Part shown: in pieces, positions 1 to 9,049 of the stretch
Position numbering within the stretch: the first letter of the stretch is position 1
How the letters are laid out: each line of letters begins with the position of its first letter
Virus record (IMG/VR): IMGVR_UViG_3300048924_000191
Span: 179,379 to 243,378 of that record
Strand: one strand, 5' to 3'
Length of the DNA stretch: 64,000 bases
Position numbers and translations under genes: made by a program
The notes under the pieces: model-generated
Told to the model about the DNA's origin: nothing
Database searches by the model: none
The model's input: only the letters and a program-made list of their open reading frames with translations

Positions 1-455
1 ACGCTGAACCCGCTTTTGGTAAAGCGAGCTTTGAGCAGCCGATAGATCTGCAAGTTCATGAAGCCCGGAATCTGCTCAGGCGCGGATACCCAGATGATGG
101 GCTCGATTGTCTGCTCAGTCAGCGGCACCACTGGGTAGCCACATTCCTCACAGTTCTCTCCGATGAACGGAGTTCCTTTGGTGTGTCGACAAGGACACGC
201 CGGGATATTCGAGAACACATCTCCATCGTACCGGCTATACACCAACCGGTTGAACTTCTCCCGTCCAGGCTCAGTGCTCAAATCGAGCTCGTTTGCCAGA
301 ATGGGCCGAATCTCCAGCCGGCGGAAGACGTCATCAAAGTCAACCACCGTCGGGTAGATCCCCTTACGACCCGGATACCGCTGTCTGGGTGCGTGTATAT
401 CTTCGAGGATCTGGTCCGTGAAGTCTTCGTAAACCGCGGTAGAGAGTTGCGCCAT
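1..455 (-). CDS. Non-virion RNA polymerase beta'-like N-terminal subunit (phiKZ gp55-like), truncated by the window start
   Basis: Not in the ORF track. Manual translation from ATG 455 (RBS GGAGG) gives MAQLSTAVYEDF...GIYPTVVDFDD...FSNIPACPCRHTKG...ENCEECG, a CxC...CxxC Zn-binding motif. It lies directly downstream of chmA, as gp55 follows gp54 in phiKZ. Confidence 0.85.
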   Translation of the reverse strand, partial: MAQLSTAVYEDFTDQILEDIHAPRQRYPGRKGIYPTVVDFDDVFRRLEIRPILANELDLSTEPGREKFNRLVYSRYDGDVFSNIPACPCRHTKGTPFIGENCEECGYPVVPLTEQTIEPIIWVSAPEQIPGFMNLQIYRLLKARFTKSGFS

Positions 456-536
456 AATACCTCCGCAAAGACAATAAAGAAAAAATCAAGAGGGGTGGAA
501 ACCCACCCCTCGAGATCTCACTTGCCTGCGAAGCGA

Positions 537-2588
537 TTAACGACGATCCCAGTCATCGCTGAAGAAGCGACCACCACGACCTTCGCGATCACGATCGCGG
601 TCACGACCACGACGACGGCTCACGCCGCCTTCGGAGATTGCCTGCGACGAGAACAGACGGTTACCCACCGAACGACGACCCGACAGGGTGTCGCCACCGG
701 CGATGTACGGGCTCATGCGGGACTTGTCCAGGGCGGACGCGAGAGCCGGCAGCAGGTTCTTCTGGAAGACCAGCTGTTCGGCAGTCTGTACGACATGGAT
801 GTCCGGCACGAACTTGCGCAGGATGTGGTAACGCTCGGACAGGTTGTAGTCGACGGTGTGGCGGCTGTCTTCGAAGGTGAACTGGTAGTCGCGAACGAGC
901 TCCAGATCTTTCGAACCAGCACGGGTCAGCACAGCCGGTACGTTCCACTCGCTCAGCGGACGCAGAGTCGAGGTGTCCGGGTCGGTCCAGGTACCGATCA
1001 GAACGCGAGTACCCGCGGATTCAACAGGCAGAGGCATGCTGCCGCCGTTCATTTCGCGGTATTCTTCGCGGAAGCGGTCGTCGGTCAAAACGTCCCAGGC
1101 ATCGTACAGCTTGGTGCACAGGGCGTCGACTTTCGACTTGCTTTCCTCGGTGGCGATCTTCTCGAAGATCGACAGGATTGCGGCGTTCTGGCCGGAACTG
1201 GCGGTGACCATACCGAACGACACGTCGCGCTTGAAGAACGCGTCGATGAAGTCGGCGAAGTCGTCGTCGTTCATGTTGCTGGTGACCAGGTCCATTGCGT
1301 CGCGACGCTGATCATCTTCCAGATCCGCCAGCAGGGCGATATCCTTCAGATCGAACACCGGCTTGACTTTGCCACCGACGGTCTTGCGAGGACGCGCCAT
1401 GTTGGTCCAGCGGTAGTCGTTCGACAGCAGAGCCACGGAGCCCAGCGCCAGACCTACCAGACCCAGGCTGTTCGGGTAACCGTCGACCGGGGCGATGGAG
1501 TTGATGTTGATAACGCCCTGCATGAAGGCGGTTTCGTCATCTTCGTCGCGGCGGCGGGTACGCTTACGGCTCAGGCGGTTGCGGTCACGATCGTTGTCGT
1601 CGTCCTGGATGAACATATCCAGAGAGCAACGGGCTTCGACCATCGGAGTACGCTCGTACAGATCGTCCTCGTCATCGTCGGTCCGTTCCGAGTAGTGCGA
1701 AGTTACCAACGCATCGGTACGGATCGGCAGGCCGGAGGTGTCGTGGCCGAACGGCTGGTTGTAATCGATGGTGGCTTCCAGACGGTCGCCGCTGTCGATC
1801 AGTTCCGGACGCAGAGCGAACTCGCTGATTGCGTCTGGATTGCTGGCGTCCAGGATTTCCTGACGGTAACCGCACAGGGCATCGATGGCATTGTCGAAGA
1901 TCTGAGCAACCACGCGGTTGTTTTCTTTCTCGGAGACTTCCGAGATCAGATCCGCCAGGATCACCTGCGAGTTGACCAGCACGACACGTTTGCAACCCAG
2001 GCCGGCCGCTTCTTCACGAATGCCTTTGGTGTAGGCGTCGTTCATGCGGTCTTCCGGCAGCACCAGCGCCTCGTAGTTGTCGCCACGAGATACCGCGTTG
2101 CGGGTGGTCTGGGAACCCGGCTGCTCGATGCAGAGGGTGTAGACCAGAGTTACGCCGCCCGGGATCAGTTTCGGCAGAGGCAGGCAGACCAGCAGGGACG
2201 GCAGAGCACGCGAGCCTTTACGGCCGGTATACGGCAGAACCTGGAAGCGCGACTGCTGGATGTCCGGGTGGATGTTTGGATTGTCGAAGGTCTTGGCAGC
2301 CTTGAAGGTATCCATCAGGATAGCCAGGGCAGCGTCAGAAACACCCGACATTTGCGGGCGGTTCATGGCACGACCGAGGGACGCCATGTTGAAGCCACGG
2401 CCTTCGTCTTCTTCTTCACCACGACGCCCGCGCTTACCGCCACGGTCGCTGCGGTCACGGTCGCGGCCACCACGATCTTCATCACGGTCGCGGTCACGGT
2501 TTTCGGTGCGGTTCTCGCGGCCTTGATCGCCGGTCGACTTGTCGCCGCCGGTTGGTTCGTCGTCGAGTACCAGATCGTCATTGCTCAT
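537..2588 (-). CDS. chmA: Chimallin, major phage nuclear shell protein
   Basis: 683 aa with RBS AGGAG. Segments QPFGHDTSGLPIRTDALVT..DDLYE and LIGTWTD..LRPLSEWN match recalled chimallin segments (QPLHDTVGNPIRADIVVT..NEFYE; LGNWFD..RDRRDLD). Synteny between the nvRNAP gene and DNA polymerase agrees. Confidence 0.9.
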   Translation of the reverse strand: MSNDDLVLDDEPTGGDKSTGDQGRENRTENRDRDRDEDRGGRDRDRSDRGGKRGRRGEEEDEGRGFNMASLGRAMNRPQMSGVSDAALAILMDTFKAAKTFDNPNIHPDIQQSRFQVLPYTGRKGSRALPSLLVCLPLPKLIPGGVTLVYTLCIEQPGSQTTRNAVSRGDNYEALVLPEDRMNDAYTKGIREEAAGLGCKRVVLVNSQVILADLISEVSEKENNRVVAQIFDNAIDALCGYRQEILDASNPDAISEFALRPELIDSGDRLEATIDYNQPFGHDTSGLPIRTDALVTSHYSERTDDDEDDLYERTPMVEARCSLDMFIQDDDNDRDRNRLSRKRTRRRDEDDETAFMQGVININSIAPVDGYPNSLGLVGLALGSVALLSNDYRWTNMARPRKTVGGKVKPVFDLKDIALLADLEDDQRRDAMDLVTSNMNDDDFADFIDAFFKRDVSFGMVTASSGQNAAILSIFEKIATEESKSKVDALCTKLYDAWDVLTDDRFREEYREMNGGSMPLPVESAGTRVLIGTWTDPDTSTLRPLSEWNVPAVLTRAGSKDLELVRDYQFTFEDSRHTVDYNLSERYHILRKFVPDIHVVQTAEQLVFQKNLLPALASALDKSRMSPYIAGGDTLSGRRSVGNRLFSSQAISEGGVSRRRGRDRDRDREGRGGRFFSDDWDRR

Positions 2589-2642
2589 GTGTTGCTCCTA
2601 AAGGACAATTGTCTTGCGATAATGGATTGCACAACTTCTCCT

Positions 2643-2730
2643 AATCGCGTCAGAGATTCCCGATCACGACTCACCGTCGTGAGCCCATCGGGCCTAGATT
2701 TCCCGGTGTGCAGCCGGGTATAATGCGATT
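2643..2730 (-). promoter_or_regulatory. Structured 5' leader of chmA (putative three-way junction)
   Basis: AATCGC/GCGATT closes two hairpins, CCCGG-CTGCACA-CCGGG and CCCGAT..CTCAC-GACG-GTGAG..ATCGGG, about 55 nt upstream of the start codon. Confidence 0.5.
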
Positions 2731-2781
2731 CGGTTCAAACCTTATATTGCCAAAGTAAAGTCTTACATCGAATCTCCCCTT

Positions 2782-2822
2782 CTGAATCAGTACAGTAATG
2801 TACTAACGTGATATTTTTAATC
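2782..2822 (-). promoter_or_regulatory. Early-type promoter motif copy (proximal, upstream of chmA)
   Basis: GATTAA-N13-GTACATTA-N7-GATTCAG. It contains TACATTAC, 7/8 identical to the phiKZ early consensus TATATTAC. Confidence 0.6.
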
Positions 2823-2838
2823 ACAATCATCGTCACGT

Positions 2839-2879
2839 TTGTATCACGATGATAATGTATCACCCACGAATCTTTAAAC
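2839..2879 (-). promoter_or_regulatory. Early-type promoter motif copy (distal, upstream of chmA)
   Basis: GTTTAA-N13-ATACATTA-N7-GATACAA. It shares an identical 19-mer (atcacgatgataatgtatc) with the copy at 36356-36396. Confidence 0.6.
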
Positions 2880-2981
2880 GTGGTGGTAATACAATGAAGG
2901 CGGAGTTGCGTAATTCTCCCCGGTCCAGGGACCTGCGGCAGACAGGTCATGTGAGTTCTTCACATATAATGGATATTGTCC

Positions 2982-2993
2982 GTAACTTTTTAC
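2982..2993 (-). promoter_or_regulatory. Middle-type promoter motif GTAAAAAGTTAC
   Basis: Matches the phiKZ middle consensus AAanntTAC. The identical 12-mer recurs at 14754-14765 and 34371-34382, and a near copy lies on + at 27355-27365. Confidence 0.55.
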
Positions 2994-3011
2994 ATAGCGA
3001 GGGTAGAGTGG

Positions 3012-4124
3012 ATGTTCCAGCTATTTGATTCGAGGAATATCTTTGATCGCTCGCCGTTCCAGTACGCCAGGATGGACTACCTGCGAGAGCGGGTTGGTGA
3101 GAACTACAAGAAACTGGTGGACCAGCGGCGCTGGACTACGGGGCGGTTGGACAGCTCGCATTTACTGCGGTCTATCCTGCTCGGCCTCGCTGTTGAATTC
3201 AAGGGAGATCTACAGCAATACATTCAGGCAGTGGGGGCAGCTGAGCGAAGAGTCGTACCTACGCTGAACCTGACATCTTCCTACAGCCGTGGGCGGTTGT
3301 TCACCGAAGGCGTCTTCTACAACGACTGTCCTGAAATCATCATCGCCGCTCCAAGCTTTGATTGGACGGTCATGGATCTGTGGAAGGACTACCGGAAACT
3401 CAGTGCAGTAACGGTACTGTCTCACCCCATCACAGACATCGATGTAGTCGAGTTGGGGGTGATGAACAACTTCACCGTCAACAAACGGTTGGACTTGGCA
3501 ATCATCGCTATCGACATTCCGCTCCTGGCGGCGCAATGGCAGCTGTGGAGAGCCGGTAACCCAGACGGTACACCAGAACACTTCCTGACGGAGGTTCCTC
3601 TGGTAGGGGCGGTGAAGAGCCACCTCAACATCGCTTTCTTCAACAAGGTACGTGCGGCCATGGGGATCATCCCCTACATCAAGGCACGCACCAACCTGAC
3701 GTTCCAGCAGTTCCCGGCAGATGGCCCAGCCAACGACTTGGCAGCAACTGTAGTCAAGAACATCACGTCCAAGGCTATGCATGAGAACCAGATCCTCTCC
3801 AGCATCCCTGTGATCTTTGGCGACAACTATCTGGACAGCGTCAGGTTCCCTGATGTGATGACGAGTTTCCAGATTGCCTGGGCGGATCAGGCTTTCAAGA
3901 TGGACCCGGCTTCTGTAGTGCTTGAATGCATGAAGTACGTCGGAGACTCTCGTCTTCTGGATGTTCTCAAAATCATCCGCAGGACTTTGATTCAGAACGA
4001 AGAAGCCAAGACGCTGACGACAGGTTTGACCACCGCCGCTAGCGCCCTTCTCATGGATCGATTGACGGGGCTGGTAGTATCGCGTTTACCTAATCCGTTG
4101 GGTGTTGAAGAACCAACAGCATAA
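3012..4124 (+). CDS. Conserved jumbo-phage protein divergent from chmA (phiKZ gp52/gp53 position)
   Basis: Long ORF with phage codon usage. The start was moved to MFQLFDSR (ATG 3012). It ends at a bidirectional hairpin; the function is assigned by synteny only. Confidence 0.65.
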   Translation: MFQLFDSRNIFDRSPFQYARMDYLRERVGENYKKLVDQRRWTTGRLDSSHLLRSILLGLAVEFKGDLQQYIQAVGAAERRVVPTLNLTSSYSRGRLFTEGVFYNDCPEIIIAAPSFDWTVMDLWKDYRKLSAVTVLSHPITDIDVVELGVMNNFTVNKRLDLAIIAIDIPLLAAQWQLWRAGNPDGTPEHFLTEVPLVGAVKSHLNIAFFNKVRAAMGIIPYIKARTNLTFQQFPADGPANDLAATVVKNITSKAMHENQILSSIPVIFGDNYLDSVRFPDVMTSFQIAWADQAFKMDPASVVLECMKYVGDSRLLDVLKIIRRTLIQNEEAKTLTTGLTTAASALLMDRLTGLVVSRLPNPLGVEEPTA

Positions 4125-4127
4125 GAC

Positions 4128-4163
4128 TACAGGGAGTGGGGAATCCCCACTCCCTGTATGCCG
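4128..4163. terminator. Bidirectional hairpin with TATG tails
   Basis: Perfect 14-bp stem TACAGGGAGTGGGG-AAT-CCCCACTCCCTGTA between convergent genes, followed by TGCCG. Confidence 0.75.
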
Positions 4164-4580
4164 TCAAAGGACGGAGACGGCTTGTTGGGCCAGGTCTTCT
4201 TGTTCTTCGGTGTTGACGATACGCTGTTGGCTGAAGTGCAGGTGCAGGATCTCGCCATCGGTGACGTCGTTTGCTGCACGGATCATCAGCTCTTGCACCG
4301 ATTCGCCTTCTTTACCTTCGTACACGGCCGACAAGATCTCACCGCCGTTGGCAGGTCGGATTGCCAGATAGATAGTCGGCGGACCTAACGTTACCGACGC
4401 TACGTTTTGAATCACTTCGTTGACTATTGCTTGTGCCATCACAAAACCCTTCATGGTCGGCAAACGTTTAGCGACATCCCGCATGACTTCTTCCGAAGAC
4501 TGTTGGGCGGCTTGAGGGACCCTGATCGACGTACGGCAACTCTGGGCCCGCTGACTCAGTTCGAACACATCGATATTCAT
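4164..4580 (-). CDS. Hypothetical protein
   Basis: 138 aa, RBS AAGGAG, ends at the terminator. Confidence 0.7.
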   Translation of the reverse strand: MNIDVFELSQRAQSCRTSIRVPQAAQQSSEEVMRDVAKRLPTMKGFVMAQAIVNEVIQNVASVTLGPPTIYLAIRPANGGEILSAVYEGKEGESVQELMIRAANDVTDGEILHLHFSQQRIVNTEEQEDLAQQAVSVL

Positions 4581-4735
4581 TGTCGATTCTCCTTATTCTG
4601 ACAATGGGCGCAGAAGCCGCAATACTCACACCAAGGCACAGGTGGTGGCGCTGTCGGAACCGTTGTCGGCAGTGGTTTGCGGACTATCTCTGGACCAGCC
4701 GTGATGCGGTAGAGCAGATACATTAACCATTTCAT
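4577..4735 (-). CDS. 52-aa microprotein with CxxCxxCxxC motif
   Basis: Manual translation MKWLMYLLYRITAGPEIVRKPLPTTVPTAPPPVPWCEYCGFCAHCQNKENRQ. It has ATGA overlaps with both the polymerase stop and the next start, and fills the gap exactly. Confidence 0.65.
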   Translation of the reverse strand: MKWLMYLLYRITAGPEIVRKPLPTTVPTAPPPVPWCEYCGFCAHCQNKENRQ

Positions 4736-6885
4736 ATTTTCATCCCAAGGAAGTCGAACACCAAACGGTAGTTGTTTCGGTCAACAATGTGCAGACCGGT
4801 GGATTCCAGCGTGCGGTAGAAACCTTCGTTGATCTGGTAGGTCAGCTTACGCACGTTGGCCGCAGACTGGATCTCTACAGGCAACCCACACTGCTTGATC
4901 GACATGGTCGGCAGATACACTGTCGGCAGTTCTGTACGGCCGTGCTTCGCCATCCACGCAATCATACGTTCAGCCAACGCTCGGTCTTCGATCTCAGCCA
5001 GCCATTCCTGCGTTTTGGTTTTGTTCACCAACTCGGTAGTGACTTTAACCACAGGGATAGGCGGTTGAATCGATTCACCGTACTTTGGACCAAACACTTC
5101 TTGCCACATCTCGAAGTAAGGGACCTTGTTGGTCTCAGGTTTGATCGACGCAGACTTCAGGTAGGTGTACTCACCGCGCATGATCGAACGGATAGTGTCC
5201 AGTTCGAACTTAGCCACTTCTTCCAGCAGCTCTTTGGCCGAGATCTGTTCACTGTTGTTGGCAGCGTCCAGGATCTTACGGCGCATGCGGTCACCGCCTT
5301 GCAGCGTTTGTTTCTGGGTGGACGAACCACGCAGCCCCACGCCTTTGGTTTCAGTCTCGTCTTCTTCGTAGATGTTACCTTCCCGCATCGACATCAAGGC
5401 GTAATAGTGCTTCGCCAAGTTAGTCCGAGCAAAGACTGGGAAGCCGTACTCGTTCTTCATCGCCAGACGGAAGGTGTTGGCAACTTCCACACCAACGTTG
5501 GCAGACAACATAGCCAGCGAGTGCGCAATGCACTGACACGCCATGTACGTCGCCAGATACCAGATCCGGTCGTTAACCTCACCACGAATCATGTTACCCG
5601 AGTACCACTGCACCCAGTATTCGGTAGTGAAGATCGAGGAGTCAGTATCCGCTGCCAGACAGGCACGACGCTGGATAGACTTCAGACTCGCCACAGTGGG
5701 AGGCAGGTGATCAGGTACGAACAGACCAGAGATAAAGTCGGACCACTTCGCAGAGGACTGCATGAACTTCTGAGCAGTCTTACCGATGGTCTTCCAACCT
5801 TCCGGATTGTTCTCTTTCACCAGCTCGTGAGTTGTACCCTTGAGCACAGAGGCACACAAGGCGTTCACGTAAGCGATGTCAGTAGCATCCAGAGACTTCA
5901 GTGCTACGTCGGTATCGATATCGTCGGGAATGTCCGAAAGATCCAACGCGATCAGCTCGGACATCATTTGTCGAATGATGTCCGGGTTGTGCTTGGCTAC
6001 GTGGAACATGTCGCCAGAATACACGACAGCTGCGCGCTCCAGCGGAGTCATGCCCTCAGCCAGCTGCAAGAACTTCTCCAGCTCGTGCGGGATACGCCAG
6101 TACAGTCTACCAGAGTACTCGACCATGTCGACCACATCTTGAGCGGTCGGATAAACCAGATCGTACTTGGTGATGGTCTCCTGCATCCGATCGAGGTTTT
6201 CGATCGTTAAGATAGCCATTAAGTTTGCCCTGGCTATCTCTGGCGTATGGTAGTGCTTCGATCCCATGAGGAACCGTTCTACCGTGGCGTTACCGTAACC
6301 TGCGGCAGCACGGCAAAGCGAAGTCAGACTGGAGTGACCTGTCGCCAGATACAGCGCGTTACCTTCAAAGCCCCGCTGTCCAGATACCGAGTTGATTCGG
6401 ATCTTACGGGCATTCTGGTCGTAGTCCGCCAATGCAGACTTGAGCATCTCGCCCAACTGCTTGAACTGGAACATCGCCTTCTTGGACGTCTTACGGGCTT
6501 TGATGTTGTCGTCCTGCCATTCCGCAGTAACTGACTTCTCAACTTCCGGACGTTCATACACCACCATCGACGGCGAAACAATACGACCGCTGTCAGTGAT
6601 CTCCTGCACGTAGTTCAGGAAACTGGTGGTATCTTCTACCCGATGTCCTTTGGCTTTGCTGATCAGCTGGGTCATGGCCGGATCTTTGATCGCGAGCTCT
6701 TTCCCTTCCTTGATCTTTTCTTGAACGAACTTCAGACTCCCCGTGTAACCACGACGGAGCATCAGCGAAATGTACTTGGCGTTCTGCCTGACGTAACCAC
6801 GGCGAATGTCCAGGTTACGACGGTACTGCTCTACTGGGCGAACAAACGGGTTAGCCATCGTTACAGAATCTCTCGTTGTTGACAC
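4732..6885 (-). CDS. Family-B DNA polymerase, polymerase-domain subunit (phiKZ gp50-like)
   Basis: 717 aa with motifs KIRINSVSG, AADTDSS and KNEYGFPVFARTNLAKHYY. Syntenic with chmA. Confidence 0.9.
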   Translation of the reverse strand: MSTTRDSVTMANPFVRPVEQYRRNLDIRRGYVRQNAKYISLMLRRGYTGSLKFVQEKIKEGKELAIKDPAMTQLISKAKGHRVEDTTSFLNYVQEITDSGRIVSPSMVVYERPEVEKSVTAEWQDDNIKARKTSKKAMFQFKQLGEMLKSALADYDQNARKIRINSVSGQRGFEGNALYLATGHSSLTSLCRAAAGYGNATVERFLMGSKHYHTPEIARANLMAILTIENLDRMQETITKYDLVYPTAQDVVDMVEYSGRLYWRIPHELEKFLQLAEGMTPLERAAVVYSGDMFHVAKHNPDIIRQMMSELIALDLSDIPDDIDTDVALKSLDATDIAYVNALCASVLKGTTHELVKENNPEGWKTIGKTAQKFMQSSAKWSDFISGLFVPDHLPPTVASLKSIQRRACLAADTDSSIFTTEYWVQWYSGNMIRGEVNDRIWYLATYMACQCIAHSLAMLSANVGVEVANTFRLAMKNEYGFPVFARTNLAKHYYALMSMREGNIYEEDETETKGVGLRGSSTQKQTLQGGDRMRRKILDAANNSEQISAKELLEEVAKFELDTIRSIMRGEYTYLKSASIKPETNKVPYFEMWQEVFGPKYGESIQPPIPVVKVTTELVNKTKTQEWLAEIEDRALAERMIAWMAKHGRTELPTVYLPTMSIKQCGLPVEIQSAANVRKLTYQINEGFYRTLESTGLHIVDRNNYRLVFDFLGMKI

Positions 6886-7127
6886 ACTGGGGGTTGGTCT
6901 GGCGTATCGCCGAAGTGGCCGGCAGCGCCTTGGGACGACTCAAACCTCGACCCGCAGTGGAAACATACCCACGCCTTATCGTGCATGGTGTACGACACGG
7001 AATCATCTTCCGTACCACGGACCAGATCGACTCGCATGCCGAATTTGGTCCTGAACTCCGTCATTGCTTTGTAGAGTTCTTCTTCGTCGACAATGGGATC
7101 GACGACGGTGAGTGTGAGTCGGCTCAT
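6861..7127 (-). CDS. Small protein with putative Zn finger
   Basis: 88 aa containing WVCFHCGSRFESSQGAAGHFG...PVC; RBS GGAGG. Confidence 0.65.
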   Translation of the reverse strand: MSRLTLTVVDPIVDEEELYKAMTEFRTKFGMRVDLVRGTEDDSVSYTMHDKAWVCFHCGSRFESSQGAAGHFGDTPDQPPVCQQREIL

Positions 7128-7169
7128 GACCTTCCCTCCTGTTAACTACATCAGTTGGACGTTCGTTAA

Positions 7170-7218
7170 CAAAAAAAAAGACCACCCTACCCGCCCCTTT
7201 CGGAGCGGGTAGGTGTGC
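7170..7218 (-). terminator. Intrinsic terminator
   Basis: GC hairpin CCTACCCGC..GCGGGTAGG followed by a T9 run on the minus strand. Confidence 0.8.
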
Positions 7219-7219
7219 G

Positions 7220-7624
7220 TCACGGGTTGACGTACTCGAACGAGAAGTTCTCGATACCAGACTTGAGCGCCATGGTCTTGAGCGATTCGATCTGCTCGTC
7301 GGTGGCGTCAGGTAGACGCATGATCCGAGGGACGTTACCGCCACTCTCGATCGAGGTCTCGATGATCCACGGAATGCCGTAGTAACTCGGCACGCTGTTC
7401 GCGTCAATGAATTTGGCATAGAGGTAATCGGTATATCTCACCGGCTTTGGGTCGGGGATGAACGGCAGGTACTGGCGGTGATCTGCCACCGGGTCCTCAC
7501 CGATCGCCAGGAGAGTCTGTGCATCCAAGAAGCTAATCAACTTCAAGTTACGCAGTTTCTCCCCGGCAACAGTGGTGAAGGTCAGCGTTTGGCCGACCGC
7601 ATTGTTGTCCAACTTCATCGTCAC
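7220..7624 (-). CDS. Conserved hypothetical protein (phiKZ gp49 position)
   Basis: 134 aa with ATGA coupling to the upstream gene. It contains a Y..YLYAKF..YYGIPWI segment typical of the gene preceding the polymerase in these phages (recalled). Confidence 0.7.
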   Translation of the reverse strand: MTMKLDNNAVGQTLTFTTVAGEKLRNLKLISFLDAQTLLAIGEDPVADHRQYLPFIPDPKPVRYTDYLYAKFIDANSVPSYYGIPWIIETSIESGGNVPRIMRLPDATDEQIESLKTMALKSGIENFSFEYVNP

Positions 7625-7959
7625 TCCTCCAAGACAGCCAGGTAATAGCCGTCCTTATCAAACTCCAGGGACTTCACTTGACCCGTACGCATCAGGTCGA
7701 AGAGATTCACATCATCCACTTGAAGGAAGAGTTGTTCCAGATAGAAGCACCCGTAGCCCAGCTCTATTTCTTCGAAAGCCTTATCGTTGCCAGACATGGC
7801 ATTGAGGCACAACTGGACATGCTCCTCATAATCCATGGGGTGGCAACTGTGTTGCGGCGGGTAAGTGTCACAGGGCTCGTACTGGAACTCTTGATAGGCT
7901 AATGCCTGCAGAGCTAAGTAGAACTTAGGACTATACCCAATGAAGGAATGTTCTCCCAC
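7621..7959 (-). CDS. Hypothetical acidic protein
   Basis: 112 aa, GTG start with GGAG, part of a tightly packed operon. Confidence 0.65.
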   Translation of the reverse strand: MGEHSFIGYSPKFYLALQALAYQEFQYEPCDTYPPQHSCHPMDYEEHVQLCLNAMSGNDKAFEEIELGYGCFYLEQLFLQVDDVNLFDLMRTGQVKSLEFDKDGYYLAVLEE

Positions 7960-7977
7960 TCGGGTTCTCCAGTCAGT

Positions 7978-8421
7978 TTAAACGACCATCATTATCACGT
8001 TACAGTATATCTTCCGGTTAGCGCCGGTGAGACTGACTGTACCTTCGACTACCTTTGCTCCAACATACCCTAAGTGCTTTGTGTAACGAGCTATTGCTGG
8101 GTAGAAGGAGTTGACTACGTAATCGGCAACGATCAGCGCGTCTTCGAAATCTTTGACTCGGCCTTTGTCACACAACTCCATGGCTTTCTTCGCGAGTAGC
8201 CCTGGATCGGTAGTCGGTGGAGACTTAATCGAATCGTAATCCGTGAGAATGCCGGCAAGGTCATACCCCAAATCACATACTTCGTAATCCACCTGGTTAA
8301 TGAACTTGCGGGTCAGGTCAGTCACATCAACTACGACGTAGGACTTATCGCCGCGGTTATTGGACGCTGATGACCTGTCGTCGCTTGTTGAGTTCGATGA
8401 CCGTAAGTGATTTCGGATCAT
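7978..8421 (-). CDS. Hypothetical protein
   Basis: Start MIRNH with GAGG upstream; overlaps the upstream gene by 65 nt. Confidence 0.6.
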   Translation of the reverse strand: MIRNHLRSSNSTSDDRSSASNNRGDKSYVVVDVTDLTRKFINQVDYEVCDLGYDLAGILTDYDSIKSPPTTDPGLLAKKAMELCDKGRVKDFEDALIVADYVVNSFYPAIARYTKHLGYVGAKVVEGTVSLTGANRKIYCNVIMMVV

Positions 8422-8725
8422 GGGAGATGACCTCAATGTCTTCCAGGGCCGTTACGGGAAACCCGCACTGACCCACTGTGTTGTACAGCAAGTCGTACAG
8501 CCTGAGTGCTGGGTGACCCCGCGGTAAGTCCGGAAACATCCCAAACGGTGGTGGCCACGACAGCTGATGATTGGCAAACGGCATTTGCTCTGCAAACTGC
8601 CCAGCTCGGATACGCAGGATTGACATCGCAAACGAAAGCTGCTCTTGCGTCCTGTATCCAATTAAGCACTCGCTGTGAAAACTCACGCGATGCGGAATGC
8701 GGTTCAGTGGGATTAGGTTGGACAT
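8357..8725 (-). CDS. Hypothetical protein
   Basis: 122 aa; starts 3 nt after the upstream stop. Confidence 0.55.
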   Translation of the reverse strand: MSNLIPLNRIPHRVSFHSECLIGYRTQEQLSFAMSILRIRAGQFAEQMPFANHQLSWPPPFGMFPDLPRGHPALRLYDLLYNTVGQCGFPVTALEDIEVISHDPKSLTVIELNKRRQVISVQ

Positions 8726-8728
8726 CAG

Positions 8729-9049
8729 TCACCCCCAAATGAGTTTGAGACACGCAAGGTCTCGTCGGACTTCAGTATTGACGCTGACTAAGAACGCTTT
8801 GCGGTTAGCTAACTTGAAATGAACGCCGGCTCCTTCTAGAGCATTGAGGATATAACTGGACACTCGCTCGATGTCATTTGCATCAAGGTTGTAGTCCTCC
8901 TGCAAGATTTCGATGACGTCATCTTCCAACCACTGTTCGTAGTTAGCCAGCGTCAATATCCAACACGACAGCATATAAGCCACGGTATCTTCCTCGATAC
9001 CGTGGTGTCTGCTGATTTCGATCATGAGTGTTTCGGTACGTTCCATCAC
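8729..9049 (-). CDS. Hypothetical acidic protein
   Basis: 106 aa, RBS GAGG, coupled to its neighbour. Confidence 0.7.
   Translation of the reverse strand: MMERTETLMIEISRHHGIEEDTVAYMLSCWILTLANYEQWLEDDVIEILQEDYNLDANDIERVSSYILNALEGAGVHFKLANRKAFLVSVNTEVRRDLACLKLIWG

Noticed and set aside
183-2723. 846-aa + strand ORF, and similar long antisense ORFs (4789-6210, 19961-21445, 27488-29605, 39603-41507, 41425-42951, 52299-54107, 57963-59609)
   Set aside because: They are mirror frames of strongly GC3-biased real genes, with V/D/H/Q/R-rich shadow composition, no RBS and no motifs.
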